A stretch of DNA of 64,000 nt from an uncultured Verrucomicrobiae bacterium (GCA_963706955.1 CAVPOC010000014.1:34282-98281); one strand, 5' to 3'; shown: positions 10,591 through 21,312, counted from the stretch's first letter. Notes: generated by a model from the sequence alone, not told the origin. Translations and numbers: made by a program.

Positions 10591-11667
10591 TCAGCGTCTG
10601 CTTGTCTCAGGGAGGAGGTCGCGGTCGTTTGGTCGGGAGGCAAACAGATTCAAACCGAGTCGCTCAGAAAGAAACCTGGCCACTAGCTGACCCTTGACAC
10701 TATTGCCGGCAGCGTCGAGTCGCGGGGCAAAAACGCCGAGTCCACCTTTGCCCGGAGACACGGCGACCATTCCGCCGCTGACACCGCTCTTGCCAGGCAG
10801 CCCAGTGTCATACAACCAATCGCCCGAATTCTCGTAGAGTCCTGCCGTCACCATCACTGCCAGGACGTGTTGGCAATGAATCGCGTCGATGACACGGTGG
10901 CTGGTGACAGGATTGATGCCCCCGTTGGCCAAAGTGGCAGCCATGACTGCGAGATCCCTTGTCGTGACGCTCAGCGAGCATTGTTTGGTGTAAACTTCCG
11001 TCGACCCTGCCGGATCAAAATAGATCCGACCATATGTCTGAAGCAATTTAGCGATGCCTTGGTTCCGTTGGTTGGCGGCCGCCTCAGAATGATAGACCTC
11101 GCTATTAAGTCTAAGGTTCCGTCCGGCGAATGCGGATAGACCGTCGCGGATGAATTGCCACTTGCTGTCTGCGGTTGCCCCGGGCGCTAGGCTGGCTGCG
11201 GCGATCGCTCCGGCATTAACCATCGGATTTGTGGTTCCCTCGTCAGTTCGCTCGATGGCGATGACCGAATTAAATGGCAGCCCGGTACTATTTACCCCGA
11301 GCTTTTCCCGCGCCTCGTCCTCACCAATCGCCTGACAAACCAAAGCAAAAACGAACGGTTTGGAAACGCTTTGAATGGAGAACTCATAGTTCGTGTCCCC
11401 CATTGCGTGAACGACGCCGTTGACCCCGGTCACACCCACTCCGAACAGATCGCTCGGAACTTCGGCGAGCGCGGGAATGTAGTCGGCATTCTGGCCGTCA
11501 TTCACTCCACGAAAGCGCTCATAGGCTTCGGCCACCAGGGCCGCCACGCGTTCAGACGACGGCAGGTGACCTGTCGATACGGACGAAGGATTGGTCAACA
11601 TCACGGTGAGACTATGCGCAGCGTTCTCGACGCAACAATCGGTCAGTGCAAGACGATCGGCCGCCAT
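10591..11667 (-). CDS. glsA: Glutaminase A
   Basis: ADYIPALA, FSIQSVSKPF, NPMVNAGAI, YTKQCS, GLPGKSGVSGG motifs; start could also be 11601. Confidence 0.93.
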   Translation of the reverse strand: MAADRLALTDCCVENAAHSLTVMLTNPSSVSTGHLPSSERVAALVAEAYERFRGVNDGQNADYIPALAEVPSDLFGVGVTGVNGVVHAMGDTNYEFSIQSVSKPFVFALVCQAIGEDEAREKLGVNSTGLPFNSVIAIERTDEGTTNPMVNAGAIAAASLAPGATADSKWQFIRDGLSAFAGRNLRLNSEVYHSEAAANQRNQGIAKLLQTYGRIYFDPAGSTEVYTKQCSLSVTTRDLAVMAATLANGGINPVTSHRVIDAIHCQHVLAVMVTAGLYENSGDWLYDTGLPGKSGVSGGMVAVSPGKGGLGVFAPRLDAAGNSVKGQLVARFLSERLGLNLFASRPNDRDLLPETSRR

Positions 11668-11746
11668 TGAGTCTCTGAACTCCAATTCCCAGATACAACG
11701 CGAGATTCGCCTTGTCGACACGATCGAAAGGATGAGGATGCGCGGC

Positions 11747-12247
11747 ATGTTCTCATGGAGCGCTCACGGGATCCGAGATCTCTTGCTTTACCAGGCGATT
11801 CGGTTTTTCCGACTGCGAGGAACTCGTGAGAAGGCCGCCCGAGGTTTTGCCATCGGGCTGGCCTGCAATTTTTATCCGACCTTTGGTTTGGGTGGTATCT
11901 TGGGAGGGTTCCTCGCGCGCTTGTCCGGCGGAAGCCTGGTCGCCGGATTTATCGGAGGAACCACCCTCGCGTTTATCTGGCCGATCGTCTTCTACATCAA
12001 TATCCGCACCGGGGCCCTCTTCCTTAGACCGGCCATCGTCATCGACGACCTCGAGGACGTAACCGAGAGAACAATGAGTGCGCTGCTTTGGGGAAAGACC
12101 TTTGCTATCGGTGCAATCGTCAACAGCCTTGTTGCGATTCTTATATCCTATCTACTATTTCTTTTGATGTTCGAGAAAGTCCGAACGCCTGCATTGAAGT
12201 GGCTGCGAGAGCGCGTCCGCCGTCGCAAAGTCTCGAGCGGGCGTTAA
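11747..12247 (+). CDS. DUF2062-family membrane protein
   Basis: GTREKAARGFAIGL..FYPTFG motif with hydrophobic helices. Confidence 0.75.
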   Translation: MFSWSAHGIRDLLLYQAIRFFRLRGTREKAARGFAIGLACNFYPTFGLGGILGGFLARLSGGSLVAGFIGGTTLAFIWPIVFYINIRTGALFLRPAIVIDDLEDVTERTMSALLWGKTFAIGAIVNSLVAILISYLLFLLMFEKVRTPALKWLRERVRRRKVSSGR

Positions 12248-12248
12248 C

Positions 12249-13742
12249 CTACGGCGGCTGCTGGAGCGGCCCGGTGTCAACTGGGAGCGGCGGGAGAACG
12301 AGTTCCTCGATACGCCCGAGCAAATAAGGAAAGAAGGGATTTGATGACTCGCGAAAGAGCATGTCGAGGCTCACGATGAGAGTTCCCCGCTCTCCCCTTC
12401 CGGCGATCGCCCCCAAGTTGACTCCGAAGCTCTCGTTGGGATCGGGTTCCGATCCATACAACGAATCCGTAGTCGGAAATGGAAGGGCGATGTGCGAGAG
12501 CGAATACGTATCGGCCGGATAGGCCAACCCCAGATCTTTGAGCTTTTCCGTCGTCTCTCCCGCCTCGGTTGAACGTTCCACGACATTGCTGCTGTCCGGA
12601 GTGGCATTGGTCACAATCGCCGTCCGGAAGTTTCGTGGCGCCTTCGGCAGCAGTCGATCGAGGATCGTCTCCAACTCGGGACGTACCAGTGGTCCGAACT
12701 TCGTATTTCGATTTAAATCGAACAGGACAAGCTCGCTCCCATTCTTAGGGAGGCGATTATAAAATGTTGAGATGACGGCACTCGTGCTGACGGTGGAATC
12801 TATCACCGATTGAAAGGTGACTACCGGTGGCAATTCGTCTAGTCGAGCTTCACGGGCGTAACGGACGATCCTCCTTTGCATTGCATCAGTAAGAAGAAAC
12901 GATTGCCGCGCTGCGTTGACGGGAAACGAATTATACTTGAATGGGTTGAACTCCGGCAACACGCTTAACCAAGCGGCCTTGGCGAAGGCGGGAAAGATCG
13001 CAGGAAGACCGGCCAGCCCAGCGAAACGCGCAAAGGCGGTAATTCCAATCATCGGCGAAATTAGTATGAGTCGGTCTGGCCGCGCCAGATCCCTATCCCC
13101 CAGGGCGTCGAGAGCGTAGATCAAGGCTAACGCCCCGCCATTCGAATAACCAACCAGGTGCAGGGGAACTGAGGGACCAGCACGCCGTCTGGCCTCCCGC
13201 ACCGCCAAGCGGGTGGCCGCCAGCCACTCTTCCCACTCCACGTCCGCTAGTGCTCCCGGCACGGTCCCGTGGCCGGGTAGCCTGATGACTACGGCAAGGT
13301 AGCCATGATCGCGATAGCTTTGAGCGATGTGGCGCAGACTGTAAGGGGAATCTGTCAAGCCGTGAAGAAGCACAGCGGCACCGACCACCGGTCCATTCGG
13401 TTCCAGAAGAAATGAACGATTCCAATCCTGCGAAAAATGGCCGGGATAGACCGGACTCCCTTCAAAATAACGATTGGCTGGAACACGGTCCTCGGGAGCA
13501 AGCTTCTCGGTAACGTTTTCTCGGACTGTCTCGAAGACCGAATCTTCGGACTTCATATATTCATTCCAGTCCGCTTGATTGAGCTCCTTGATGCTTAGCT
13601 CGCGAGGCATGGACGTATGCCAGGGACGCAGTGGCGGACCTCGCTGAGTGTCATAAATACGGACGACAAGAAAAGTTGTCAGGATCACCAGGAGGAAAAG
13701 CGCTCCGCTTTTCAGAATCCTTAACAACCAGGAAAGCATCAC
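12249..13742 (-). CDS. Alpha/beta hydrolase (membrane-anchored)
   Basis: LLHGLTDSPYS, GYSNGG nucleophile elbow, SLSHIALPF. Confidence 0.88.
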   Translation of the reverse strand: MMLSWLLRILKSGALFLLVILTTFLVVRIYDTQRGPPLRPWHTSMPRELSIKELNQADWNEYMKSEDSVFETVRENVTEKLAPEDRVPANRYFEGSPVYPGHFSQDWNRSFLLEPNGPVVGAAVLLHGLTDSPYSLRHIAQSYRDHGYLAVVIRLPGHGTVPGALADVEWEEWLAATRLAVREARRRAGPSVPLHLVGYSNGGALALIYALDALGDRDLARPDRLILISPMIGITAFARFAGLAGLPAIFPAFAKAAWLSVLPEFNPFKYNSFPVNAARQSFLLTDAMQRRIVRYAREARLDELPPVVTFQSVIDSTVSTSAVISTFYNRLPKNGSELVLFDLNRNTKFGPLVRPELETILDRLLPKAPRNFRTAIVTNATPDSSNVVERSTEAGETTEKLKDLGLAYPADTYSLSHIALPFPTTDSLYGSEPDPNESFGVNLGAIAGRGERGTLIVSLDMLFRESSNPFFPYLLGRIEELVLPPLPVDTGPLQQPP

Positions 13743-14111
13743 GCTGGCCGTTCGGGCTCGATGGAAGAATCGCGCAGAGCGACACTTTCAAGCGCTTCCA
13801 ATCTGGTTTGGTGAAGCGCTAGAGCGGCAACTGACGAGAGGTCGAAGCCTGAGCGCTTTTGCTGCGCCAACCAGTCACCGGCCATATTGTCAAAAACGTA
13901 TCACCAAAAGTTTAAAGGGGCTTTCTGATCCATGAGGACCGCTATCAGAGATGCCCACGAGAGACAATATAGTTGCTAGTTGCTAACAAACCCGTTGGCA
14001 TGCGAGCGGGTTCCTGCCACATCGAAACCCTTGACGCGTGCTCGTCTGCCGATAATCCAGATGCAAACACCATACCGGAATATGCCTTTTGCACCTGAGA
14101 TTGCTCGGAAA

Positions 14112-15296
14112 ATGAGACGGATGCTTTTGTTTGCAGTGTTGATAATCGTTTCCTCAGGCCATGCTTTGGCGTGGAAAGATGGCGAGCTTTTGATCTGGAT
14201 CAGCGACAATCGCGGCTATCGCGCGCTCGTCGAACTCGGTCAGAAATTTGAAAAAGAGTTTGGCGTCTCGGTGGAGGTGCAGACCCAGGATGATATCACC
14301 AACAAATTTCAGGCTGCCGCTCAGGCCCTGAAAGGTCCGGACATCTTTTTTTGGGCCAACGATCGAATCGGTGAATGGGCCGATGCCGGCTTACTGAGGC
14401 CGCTAAAAATTCGGTCGAAGTTCAAGGGGGCGTTCGTTCCCATGGCGTGGGACGCGGTCACACACAAAAATCAGATCTGGGGATACCCTCTCGCCCTCGA
14501 ATGTGTCTCACTGATCTACAACAAGAGGCTTGTTCCGGAAAAGCCACCGGATCAACTCTCGGAGTTCGCCGCCTTCGACAAACAATTGAAGGCGCAACAT
14601 CCGGGAGCAACGGCCATCATGTGGGAGTATGCCTCACCCTATTTTAGTTTTCCGTTTCTCGCGAGCGCCGGGGCTTATCCGTTCAAGAGAACTGCCAGCG
14701 GTTACGATCTCGAAGACATCGGCGTCAACAATGCCGGAGCGATCGCCGGTCTCACGGCAATCATTGACCTCATCAACGCGGGGGTGCTCCCGAAAGGTTC
14801 GACGCAGAGCATTTCCGAACAAAAAATGAGCAGCGGCCTGCTTGCGACGATGGTCAACGGCCCGTGGATATGGACGGATCTTCGCAAGAGCGGGATCGAC
14901 TTCGCATTGGCACCGCTTCCCGGAGTTGGCGGCAATCCGGGCAAGCCGTTTGTGGGAGTTCTCGCCGCGCTTATAAACCGTTCGAGTCCGAATGCCGACT
15001 TTGCTGTCGAGTTTCTTGAGAAATATGTCTGCACCAAGAAAGGCCTCACCGCCATCGATACCGAGGCTCCCCTGGGCGTGCCCGCACTTAAGGCTCTCGC
15101 CGAGGAGATGAGTGCCACAAATCCTCTGATAAAGGGCACCTACGAAAATGTCCGAAACGGAATGGTGATGCCCAACATTCCCCAGATGGGAAAGTTCTGG
15201 AGTTCGATGAAAGCGGCTTTCGAGCTTGCGACCAGCGGTCGAGCCAGTCCCGAGGCCGCCTTGAAAGCCGCCCGGAAGAGCATGAAGAGCAAGTAA
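14112..15296 (+). CDS. malE: Maltose/maltodextrin ABC substrate-binding protein
   Basis: GELLIWI, GPDIFFWANDR.GEWA..GLL, SLIYNK, INGPW-like, KPFVGVL, MPNIPQM..FW motifs; start uncertain. Confidence 0.88.
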   Translation: MRRMLLFAVLIIVSSGHALAWKDGELLIWISDNRGYRALVELGQKFEKEFGVSVEVQTQDDITNKFQAAAQALKGPDIFFWANDRIGEWADAGLLRPLKIRSKFKGAFVPMAWDAVTHKNQIWGYPLALECVSLIYNKRLVPEKPPDQLSEFAAFDKQLKAQHPGATAIMWEYASPYFSFPFLASAGAYPFKRTASGYDLEDIGVNNAGAIAGLTAIIDLINAGVLPKGSTQSISEQKMSSGLLATMVNGPWIWTDLRKSGIDFALAPLPGVGGNPGKPFVGVLAALINRSSPNADFAVEFLEKYVCTKKGLTAIDTEAPLGVPALKALAEEMSATNPLIKGTYENVRNGMVMPNIPQMGKFWSSMKAAFELATSGRASPEAALKAARKSMKSK

Positions 15297-15538
15297 AATC
15301 ACCCGGGGAGAGATGTTCTCGCGCATCGAATCACGGAGCCAGTCGAGTCGCAGTTCGGCTTGACCCAATCGACCAAGCCCACGGAAGCAGAAATTACCGA
15401 GGATCCTGGCTCGTCCTGCGAGACATTCTTCGTGACATCAAGAACCCGAATAATTGCGCTTCCAAAGTCACGCTGTTTGGCTCAGCCAAAGGCGAGAATC
15501 GATGCCATCCTTTCCTCGCCGCCAGGCGTATCGTCTGC

Positions 15539-16999
15539 ATGAGAGTGTTATTAACTGGTGCAAACGGCTATATCGGCCTTCGCTTACTCCCAGAGTTGCT
15601 CGCGGCAGGACACGATGTTTTTGCGGCTGTCAGGGATCCGCGGAGGTTGCCGGTGGCGGAATTCGAGAAGATGCCCGGCCGGCTCCAGACCGTCGAATTG
15701 GATTTGTTGGAAGGTCCGCTGTCGTTCCCGAAAGATGTCGACGTTGCTTATTACCTCGTTCACTCGATGGGAAGTGGAGGTGATTTCGCGAAACGCGAGG
15801 AAGACGTTGCTCGGAATTTTGCGGCCGCTATCGAGAGAACGGATTGTCGGCAGGTCATATTCCTTGGCGGGCTGCTGCCGGAAGGAGGCCACCTTTCGCC
15901 GCACCTACGATCTCGACAGCGAGTAGGAGAACTGCTCTCCCGCTCAGCAGTCCCTCTAACCACGTTGCGCGCCTCGATCATCGTCGGCAGTGGGAGCGCG
16001 TCATTCGAGATTGTCCGCGATTTAGTCGAGAAGCTGCCAGTAATGCTAACCCCACGCTGGACTCGCAATCTCTGCCAACCGATCGCCATCCGGAACGTGA
16101 TCCGCTACCTATTGGGCGTGGCCTTAGTGCGGCAAACCTTCGGTCGTGTCTTTGAAATTGGCGGACCGGAAAGTCTTTCTTACGAAACTCTCCTCAAACA
16201 ATACGCGCAAATGCGCGGTCTCCATCGCACGATTATTTCAGTGCCTTTCTTGACCCTTCGGCTCTCCTCGCTTTGGTTATTCTTCGTTACAAATACGAGC
16301 TTTCCTATCGCTCGTGCCCTTGTCGATAGCTTGACCCATGAGACGGTTTGCCGTGAAAGCGCTATTACCGAGATTGTCCCGCAGGTGCTGTTAACTTACC
16401 GGGAGGCGATCGAAAAGGCCTTTGCGCGAATCGCTCAAAATCGCGTCCCGTCCTCTTGGTGCGACGCCTTGGTCTCGGGGCGATTATCGCCTCAGCTCTG
16501 GAGATCGATTCACGTCCCCGAGCACGGTGTCCTGCGCGATCAGCAAAAGCAACCGCTGTCGCGAGGGAGGGAAGCGGCCCTCGATGCGATTTGGACGCTT
16601 GGAGGTCAGGCGGGGTGGCCATCAATGAATTGGGCTTGGAGACTGCGAGGCGCAATCGATCGGCTTTTCGGAGGGACTGGGTTACGACGTGGACGCCGCC
16701 ATCCTAGTCTATTGAATCCAGGAGATGTCCTCGATTTCTGGAGAGTGTTGCTCGCCGATCGTGCGGCCGGACGTTTGATCCTCTATGGAGAGATGAGATT
16801 GCCGGGCGAAGCATGGTTGGAATTTGAAGTATCGGAGCGTGAACTGGTGCAAACCGCGACGTTTCGACCCCGCGGACTATACGGACGAGCGGTACTGGTA
16901 TCTTTGCTTTCCCTTTCACGCCTTCCTGTTTCCGCGAATGGCCCGGCAATTGGTATGCTAGAAGCACGTTGTCCGACCGACGTGTCATCTTTTCACTAA
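15539..16999 (+). CDS. YbjT-like NAD(P)-binding SDR + DUF2867 protein; apparent +1 frameshift near 16891
   Basis: TGANGYIG Rossmann motif; GDVLDFWRV..EMRLPGEAWLEF; conserved-looking YWY..FPFHAFLF tail lies in another frame ending TAG 16961. Confidence 0.85.
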   Translation: MRVLLTGANGYIGLRLLPELLAAGHDVFAAVRDPRRLPVAEFEKMPGRLQTVELDLLEGPLSFPKDVDVAYYLVHSMGSGGDFAKREEDVARNFAAAIERTDCRQVIFLGGLLPEGGHLSPHLRSRQRVGELLSRSAVPLTTLRASIIVGSGSASFEIVRDLVEKLPVMLTPRWTRNLCQPIAIRNVIRYLLGVALVRQTFGRVFEIGGPESLSYETLLKQYAQMRGLHRTIISVPFLTLRLSSLWLFFVTNTSFPIARALVDSLTHETVCRESAITEIVPQVLLTYREAIEKAFARIAQNRVPSSWCDALVSGRLSPQLWRSIHVPEHGVLRDQQKQPLSRGREAALDAIWTLGGQAGWPSMNWAWRLRGAIDRLFGGTGLRRGRRHPSLLNPGDVLDFWRVLLADRAAGRLILYGEMRLPGEAWLEFEVSERELVQTATFRPRGLYGRAVLVSLLSLSRLPVSANGPAIGMLEARCPTDVSSFH

Positions 17000-17384
17000 T
17001 TGGCGGAATGACCGGATCGGACAGGTACCTTTTGGGCGAACCGACATTCTGGCGCGAGATGACCTCGCCAACGACGGGGCGAGAGCTGGATGAATACTCA
17101 TCTTCAGCGCAGCATGCCCGCGAGTTAGTCACAGCCGATATGATCCGGTCTCAATGCTGCGAGCAAGCCGTTGCGCTTTGGCAGCCGACTTCACCTGCCG
17201 TGCTTTTGAGTGACTTTCGCCATAGCCAATAGAGCGGTGATCATTGGCCGTGAATCGCTTTGAATCCCATCGTGCATTTTTCAGATGCGTTCTTGTCAGT
17301 CGGTCGAGAAGGAGACGATGTAGACAGACCGAAGACTTGGCTGGACGCGCTCTGGAACGAAAGAGCCACTGACATCGATTCGCT

Positions 17385-18125
17385 ATGAAAAACCCACTCT
17401 CAAAAATCGCCATCGTCACCGGCGCTTCACGCGGCATCGGCGCCGCCATATCCCGTCGCCTGGCGGCCGACGGGTTTTGCGTAATCGTCAACTATGCCGG
17501 GTCAGCCGATGCTGCCGAGTCGCTGGCGTCCGAGATCGAGAAAGCCGGAAGCCGCGCACTTGCGGTCAGGGCGGATGTTAGTGATCCGATCGCCGTCAAA
17601 ACGATGTTCGACATTGCGGAGAAAGAGTTTGGCGGAGCGGATGTGCTGGTGAACAACGCCGGTATCATGCTGCTCTCGCCGATCGCGGAGACGACCGATG
17701 AATTGTTCGATCGACAGATCGCCATCAACTTGAAAGGCGTATTCAACGGCATGCACGAGGCCGCCCAGCGCCTACGAAGTGGCGGACGGATCATCAGCTT
17801 CTCCTCCAGCGTCGTCGGCCTTTATCAGCCGACGTATGCCGTCTATGCGGCCGCAAAGGCGGGTGTCGAAGCCCTGACTCATGTGCTCTCGAAAGAACTG
17901 CGAGGCCGGAACATCACTGTTAACGCGGTTGCTCCTGGCCCGACGGCGACCGAGCTGTTCCTCAAGGGCAAGCCGCAGGAGGTCATTGATCATCTCTCAA
18001 AACTACCCCCCCTGGAGCGCTTAGGTCAGCCGGAAGACATCGCAAACGCGGTCGCCTTCTTAGCCGGACCCGACGGCGCATGGGTCAACGGCCAAGTGCT
18101 CCGCGTCAATGGCGGAATCATTTGA
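17385..18125 (+). CDS. Short-chain dehydrogenase/reductase
   Basis: TGASRGIG, NNAG, YAAAK, NAVAPG motifs. Confidence 0.93.
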   Translation: MKNPLSKIAIVTGASRGIGAAISRRLAADGFCVIVNYAGSADAAESLASEIEKAGSRALAVRADVSDPIAVKTMFDIAEKEFGGADVLVNNAGIMLLSPIAETTDELFDRQIAINLKGVFNGMHEAAQRLRSGGRIISFSSSVVGLYQPTYAVYAAAKAGVEALTHVLSKELRGRNITVNAVAPGPTATELFLKGKPQEVIDHLSKLPPLERLGQPEDIANAVAFLAGPDGAWVNGQVLRVNGGII

Positions 18126-18143
18126 AAGCTTCCACCGAGACCG

Positions 18144-18223
18144 TGTTGCCATGAAATAGGACTGACTCGGCTGCCTCGGCCTGCGGGCTACTTTTCGTGA
18201 GTCTGCAAGCTGTTGGCTCCTGA
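18144..18223 (-). repeat. Decayed RtT-like unit plus 17-bp copy of the tRNA-Asn 3' end/trailer (att-like)
   Basis: 18144-18206 aligns loosely to the 147-bp unit (tgttg..tga..tagga.tga.tcggctgc..ctgcggg.cta..agtctg); aagctgttggctcctga at 18207-18223 is identical to 25378-25394. Confidence 0.7.
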
Positions 18224-18363
18224 CGACGATTCAAGGGCCTACGGAACTCTTCCACTGTTGGGATTGACCAGCCTGGCAATCCTCAACCATAATTTACCTG
18301 TGAGCGCGCTTCCTCAGGCGGGTCTCGGAAAAACAGAGCCGCAAAGTAGTATGACCCGGTAAT

Positions 18364-21312
18364 ATGGGCGCCAGCGCCAAAGCACTCACAACCCGTGAGT
18401 CAAAGACACGGAATTTTTCTTCTCAGGAAAATAAGCCTGAGCTTTCTTCAGCGACAAACTCATCCGCCGAGCAGATTTTTTTCCTTCAGAGAACGGTTGG
18501 AAATCGCGAAGTGGAGCGATTGTTGAGATCAGGGGTCCTCCACGCGAAGCCCGCTAGCGGAGCCTCGATCGCCAGGTCAGGCTCTCAGCCATCCGTCACC
18601 GCGCTAGAGTTGCGCCCCAACCAGCGCGGGATACTGCAGCGCAAGTGCATCTGCGGTGGCGCAGCGGGCCTGTCGGGGGAATGTGATGAGTGCCGAACGA
18701 AGAAGCGGTCAGGCCTGCAAACCAAACTTAAGGTCAGCACGCCGGAAGATATCTACGAACAGGAGGCGGACCGCGTCGCTAATTCCGTGCTAAGCAAACC
18801 GGGAAAACCTTGCCTCAGCGAGGCTTCTCCGCGAATTCAGCGCTTCGCCGCTAATGCCTCTGTCGAGACGAATGCCGCTTCTGCCAGCGTCAGCGCTGCG
18901 CTGACAAGTTCCGCCAGCCCGCTGAATCCCACCTTACGGCAGGACATGGAGCAGCGCTTCGGACACGACTTTTCTCATGTGCGAGTCCATACCGGCGCCA
19001 TTGCCGGCCATTCTGCAGACGACGTGAACGCCCTCGCCTATACCGTGGGACGCAACATCGTTTTTGGTGCTGGCAGGTTCGCGCCAGAGACGCAGGAGGG
19101 ACGGCGATTGTTGGCGCACGAACTCACTCATGTCGTTCAACAAGGGCCTCCTACCGCGCAGAGGTCTCCGATCGCTGGGGACATTCACCATCTTTCGGCG
19201 GGCGTATTGCAGCGCGACCGGAAAGATGAAGGCAAAGACCCGTGGGATAACTTGGACCCGGCAGATCGACAAGAGGTCGCGGAGCTCTACGAAGACTGCC
19301 AAAACCTGATTGGCTGGCTCGCTCGCGCGCAGCAAGGCCACTCAAGTGGCCGCAGGAGCGATTGGCTGAAAGGACTTAACAGAACACTTAACAGGATCGG
19401 AGAACTAGATAGCGACGCGGATATCGACGAAGTCGCGCACTCCTTCAACAGCTATCGGAGGTTTATTGAGCGCAACGTCACCACTTATGCTAATGAATGG
19501 GCCAAGGTCAAAAAGCGCTATGGGGATGAACGCCAGTGGCTGCTTTCCCGCGCGGCGAGATCAACCGATACCATAGAGGCAGCCAACTACCTGGACGAAT
19601 TATACAAGCAGGTCATCGAGTGGCTGGATAAGGGCGCAGCGCTTTGTATAACGGATGAAGAATATCTTACTCTTAAGCAGACGCTAGATCAGGAAAAGCA
19701 TTTGTGGGTCGGCTCGATCCGCGGAGCACGCATCCGGGCAAAGCAACTTCGGGACATGATGGACGTGGTGACAGAGCTGCGTCAAAGCGGCGAAGATGCT
19801 GAGAAGTTTGTGCCTAACTGGATGGGCCAGGTGGAAACGGAAACCTCCTATCTCCAAGCCGCGACCACCCGTGCCACCGAAAGCGGCACCTCTGCGGCGC
19901 AGTTCTATCCTCAAGAGTTCTCCGGCTTGAGGCAGGATCTGGAGAGAAGGAAACAGTTGACTTTGGAAGCTCATCCGCGCGAGGTCTCGACGTTGGAAAA
20001 GGGCGCGAGCTTCGTGAAAGGAGGCGTGGGAGCCATCGTCGGCATCTTCGTCGAGGCGGCGAAGCAAGTGGTCGACCTCGTTCAAATACTGCTTCACTTC
20101 GTCACGCTGAAGAAATACCAGCCGCGGTTCGTCAGCGACATGGCCGAGGCTGCGAAACAAGGTAAAACCACGGGTGACCTGTTGAAAGGAATGGTCACTG
20201 GCCTGATTGAAACACCGGGACGTTTTCTCAAGGCATGCCGCGAGGGAGACTGGGAAGGTATCGGGCGCGAAGCGGTCAATATCTATTTGTTAGCTAAGAC
20301 AATTAAGGAAGTGCCGGAGATGGTCCAAAAGATGCCTGCCTTGGTGGAAAGGACCGCGGCCAGCCTAAGGATCTTGCGCGCGAGAAAGGTCGCGCTCGAA
20401 TTGCAAAGTGAGGCGCGGATGCTACCTAAGCCGCAAGCGCCACCTCAGGCCGGCGTAACGCCGAAGCGACCGATCGGATTTGAGCTGCCACATAATGCGC
20501 CGGTCAAACCCGCGCCTGCCCCGGGGCCCGAGCCGCAAGTCCTCACGACAATCACACCTAGCCGGCCCGTCGCCGGCTTTGGCAGAAAACTTGCACCCAA
20601 ACCAGAACCGGTCCCGTTGACGCCTGGCCAGACTGTCTTCACGGAAATGCCGCGCGTGCGATCGGTGCAGGGGAACCAACCGACCTATGGCAGTGTAACT
20701 CCGGCGCTGAAAGGCGAGCGGCTCGGCGCGCCTACAGCAACGACCAAAAAAGGACCGCCAAGCGGCGAGCCGCCCGTGAATGTCCCCGCGAAACAAGCGG
20801 TCCAACCTCCGAAGGACGTTCCCCAGACAGGCCAGGTGAAATATGAGGTAGGCAATCCGCGGCGGTACGCGGTGAAAGAGTATTTCGAAGGCGAGGCGGG
20901 CGTGGGTGGCCACCCGCAAGCGCGTTATTACGTCGATATGAAGATCGGCAGCGATGGGATCATGCACGGTGACTTCATGTTGCGCGGAGGCGGCTACCGG
21001 TCGGGTTCGCTTTTTGGGAAAGAGCAATTCATGAAAGCCAAAGCCTACTTCGAGCGGAAACTCGGCCGCGACTCCGTGAAGGGCATGAGGAGCGACTGGG
21101 GCGCGGGCGACAACCTCCAGCTCTTCAATGAACAGTTTAAGATTTCCAAAGGCAAGAGACTCGGCGACGAAGCCGCGATGCGCGAGGCGGCGCAAAAGAC
21201 GAAAACCGGCGAATGGGCCCAGGAAGCCGGATTTCGCAGAGTGACGATCGAAAGCTCGCAGCGCGGTGCCGGTGGCGAGTTCACGGAGGTAAAAGTTCGT
21301 TTCGAGAAATAG
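18364..21312 (+). CDS. DUF4157 (eCIS-core) domain protein with C-terminal putative toxin domain
   Basis: LQRTVGNREV, LQRKCxCGG..CxEC, EQEADRVA, FGHDFSHVRVH..LLAHELTHVVQQ (HExxH); Pro-rich linker; distinct ~150-aa C-terminal domain. Confidence 0.85.
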   Translation: MGASAKALTTRESKTRNFSSQENKPELSSATNSSAEQIFFLQRTVGNREVERLLRSGVLHAKPASGASIARSGSQPSVTALELRPNQRGILQRKCICGGAAGLSGECDECRTKKRSGLQTKLKVSTPEDIYEQEADRVANSVLSKPGKPCLSEASPRIQRFAANASVETNAASASVSAALTSSASPLNPTLRQDMEQRFGHDFSHVRVHTGAIAGHSADDVNALAYTVGRNIVFGAGRFAPETQEGRRLLAHELTHVVQQGPPTAQRSPIAGDIHHLSAGVLQRDRKDEGKDPWDNLDPADRQEVAELYEDCQNLIGWLARAQQGHSSGRRSDWLKGLNRTLNRIGELDSDADIDEVAHSFNSYRRFIERNVTTYANEWAKVKKRYGDERQWLLSRAARSTDTIEAANYLDELYKQVIEWLDKGAALCITDEEYLTLKQTLDQEKHLWVGSIRGARIRAKQLRDMMDVVTELRQSGEDAEKFVPNWMGQVETETSYLQAATTRATESGTSAAQFYPQEFSGLRQDLERRKQLTLEAHPREVSTLEKGASFVKGGVGAIVGIFVEAAKQVVDLVQILLHFVTLKKYQPRFVSDMAEAAKQGKTTGDLLKGMVTGLIETPGRFLKACREGDWEGIGREAVNIYLLAKTIKEVPEMVQKMPALVERTAASLRILRARKVALELQSEARMLPKPQAPPQAGVTPKRPIGFELPHNAPVKPAPAPGPEPQVLTTITPSRPVAGFGRKLAPKPEPVPLTPGQTVFTEMPRVRSVQGNQPTYGSVTPALKGERLGAPTATTKKGPPSGEPPVNVPAKQAVQPPKDVPQTGQVKYEVGNPRRYAVKEYFEGEAGVGGHPQARYYVDMKIGSDGIMHGDFMLRGGGYRSGSLFGKEQFMKAKAYFERKLGRDSVKGMRSDWGAGDNLQLFNEQFKISKGKRLGDEAAMREAAQKTKTGEWAQEAGFRRVTIESSQRGAGGEFTEVKVRFEK

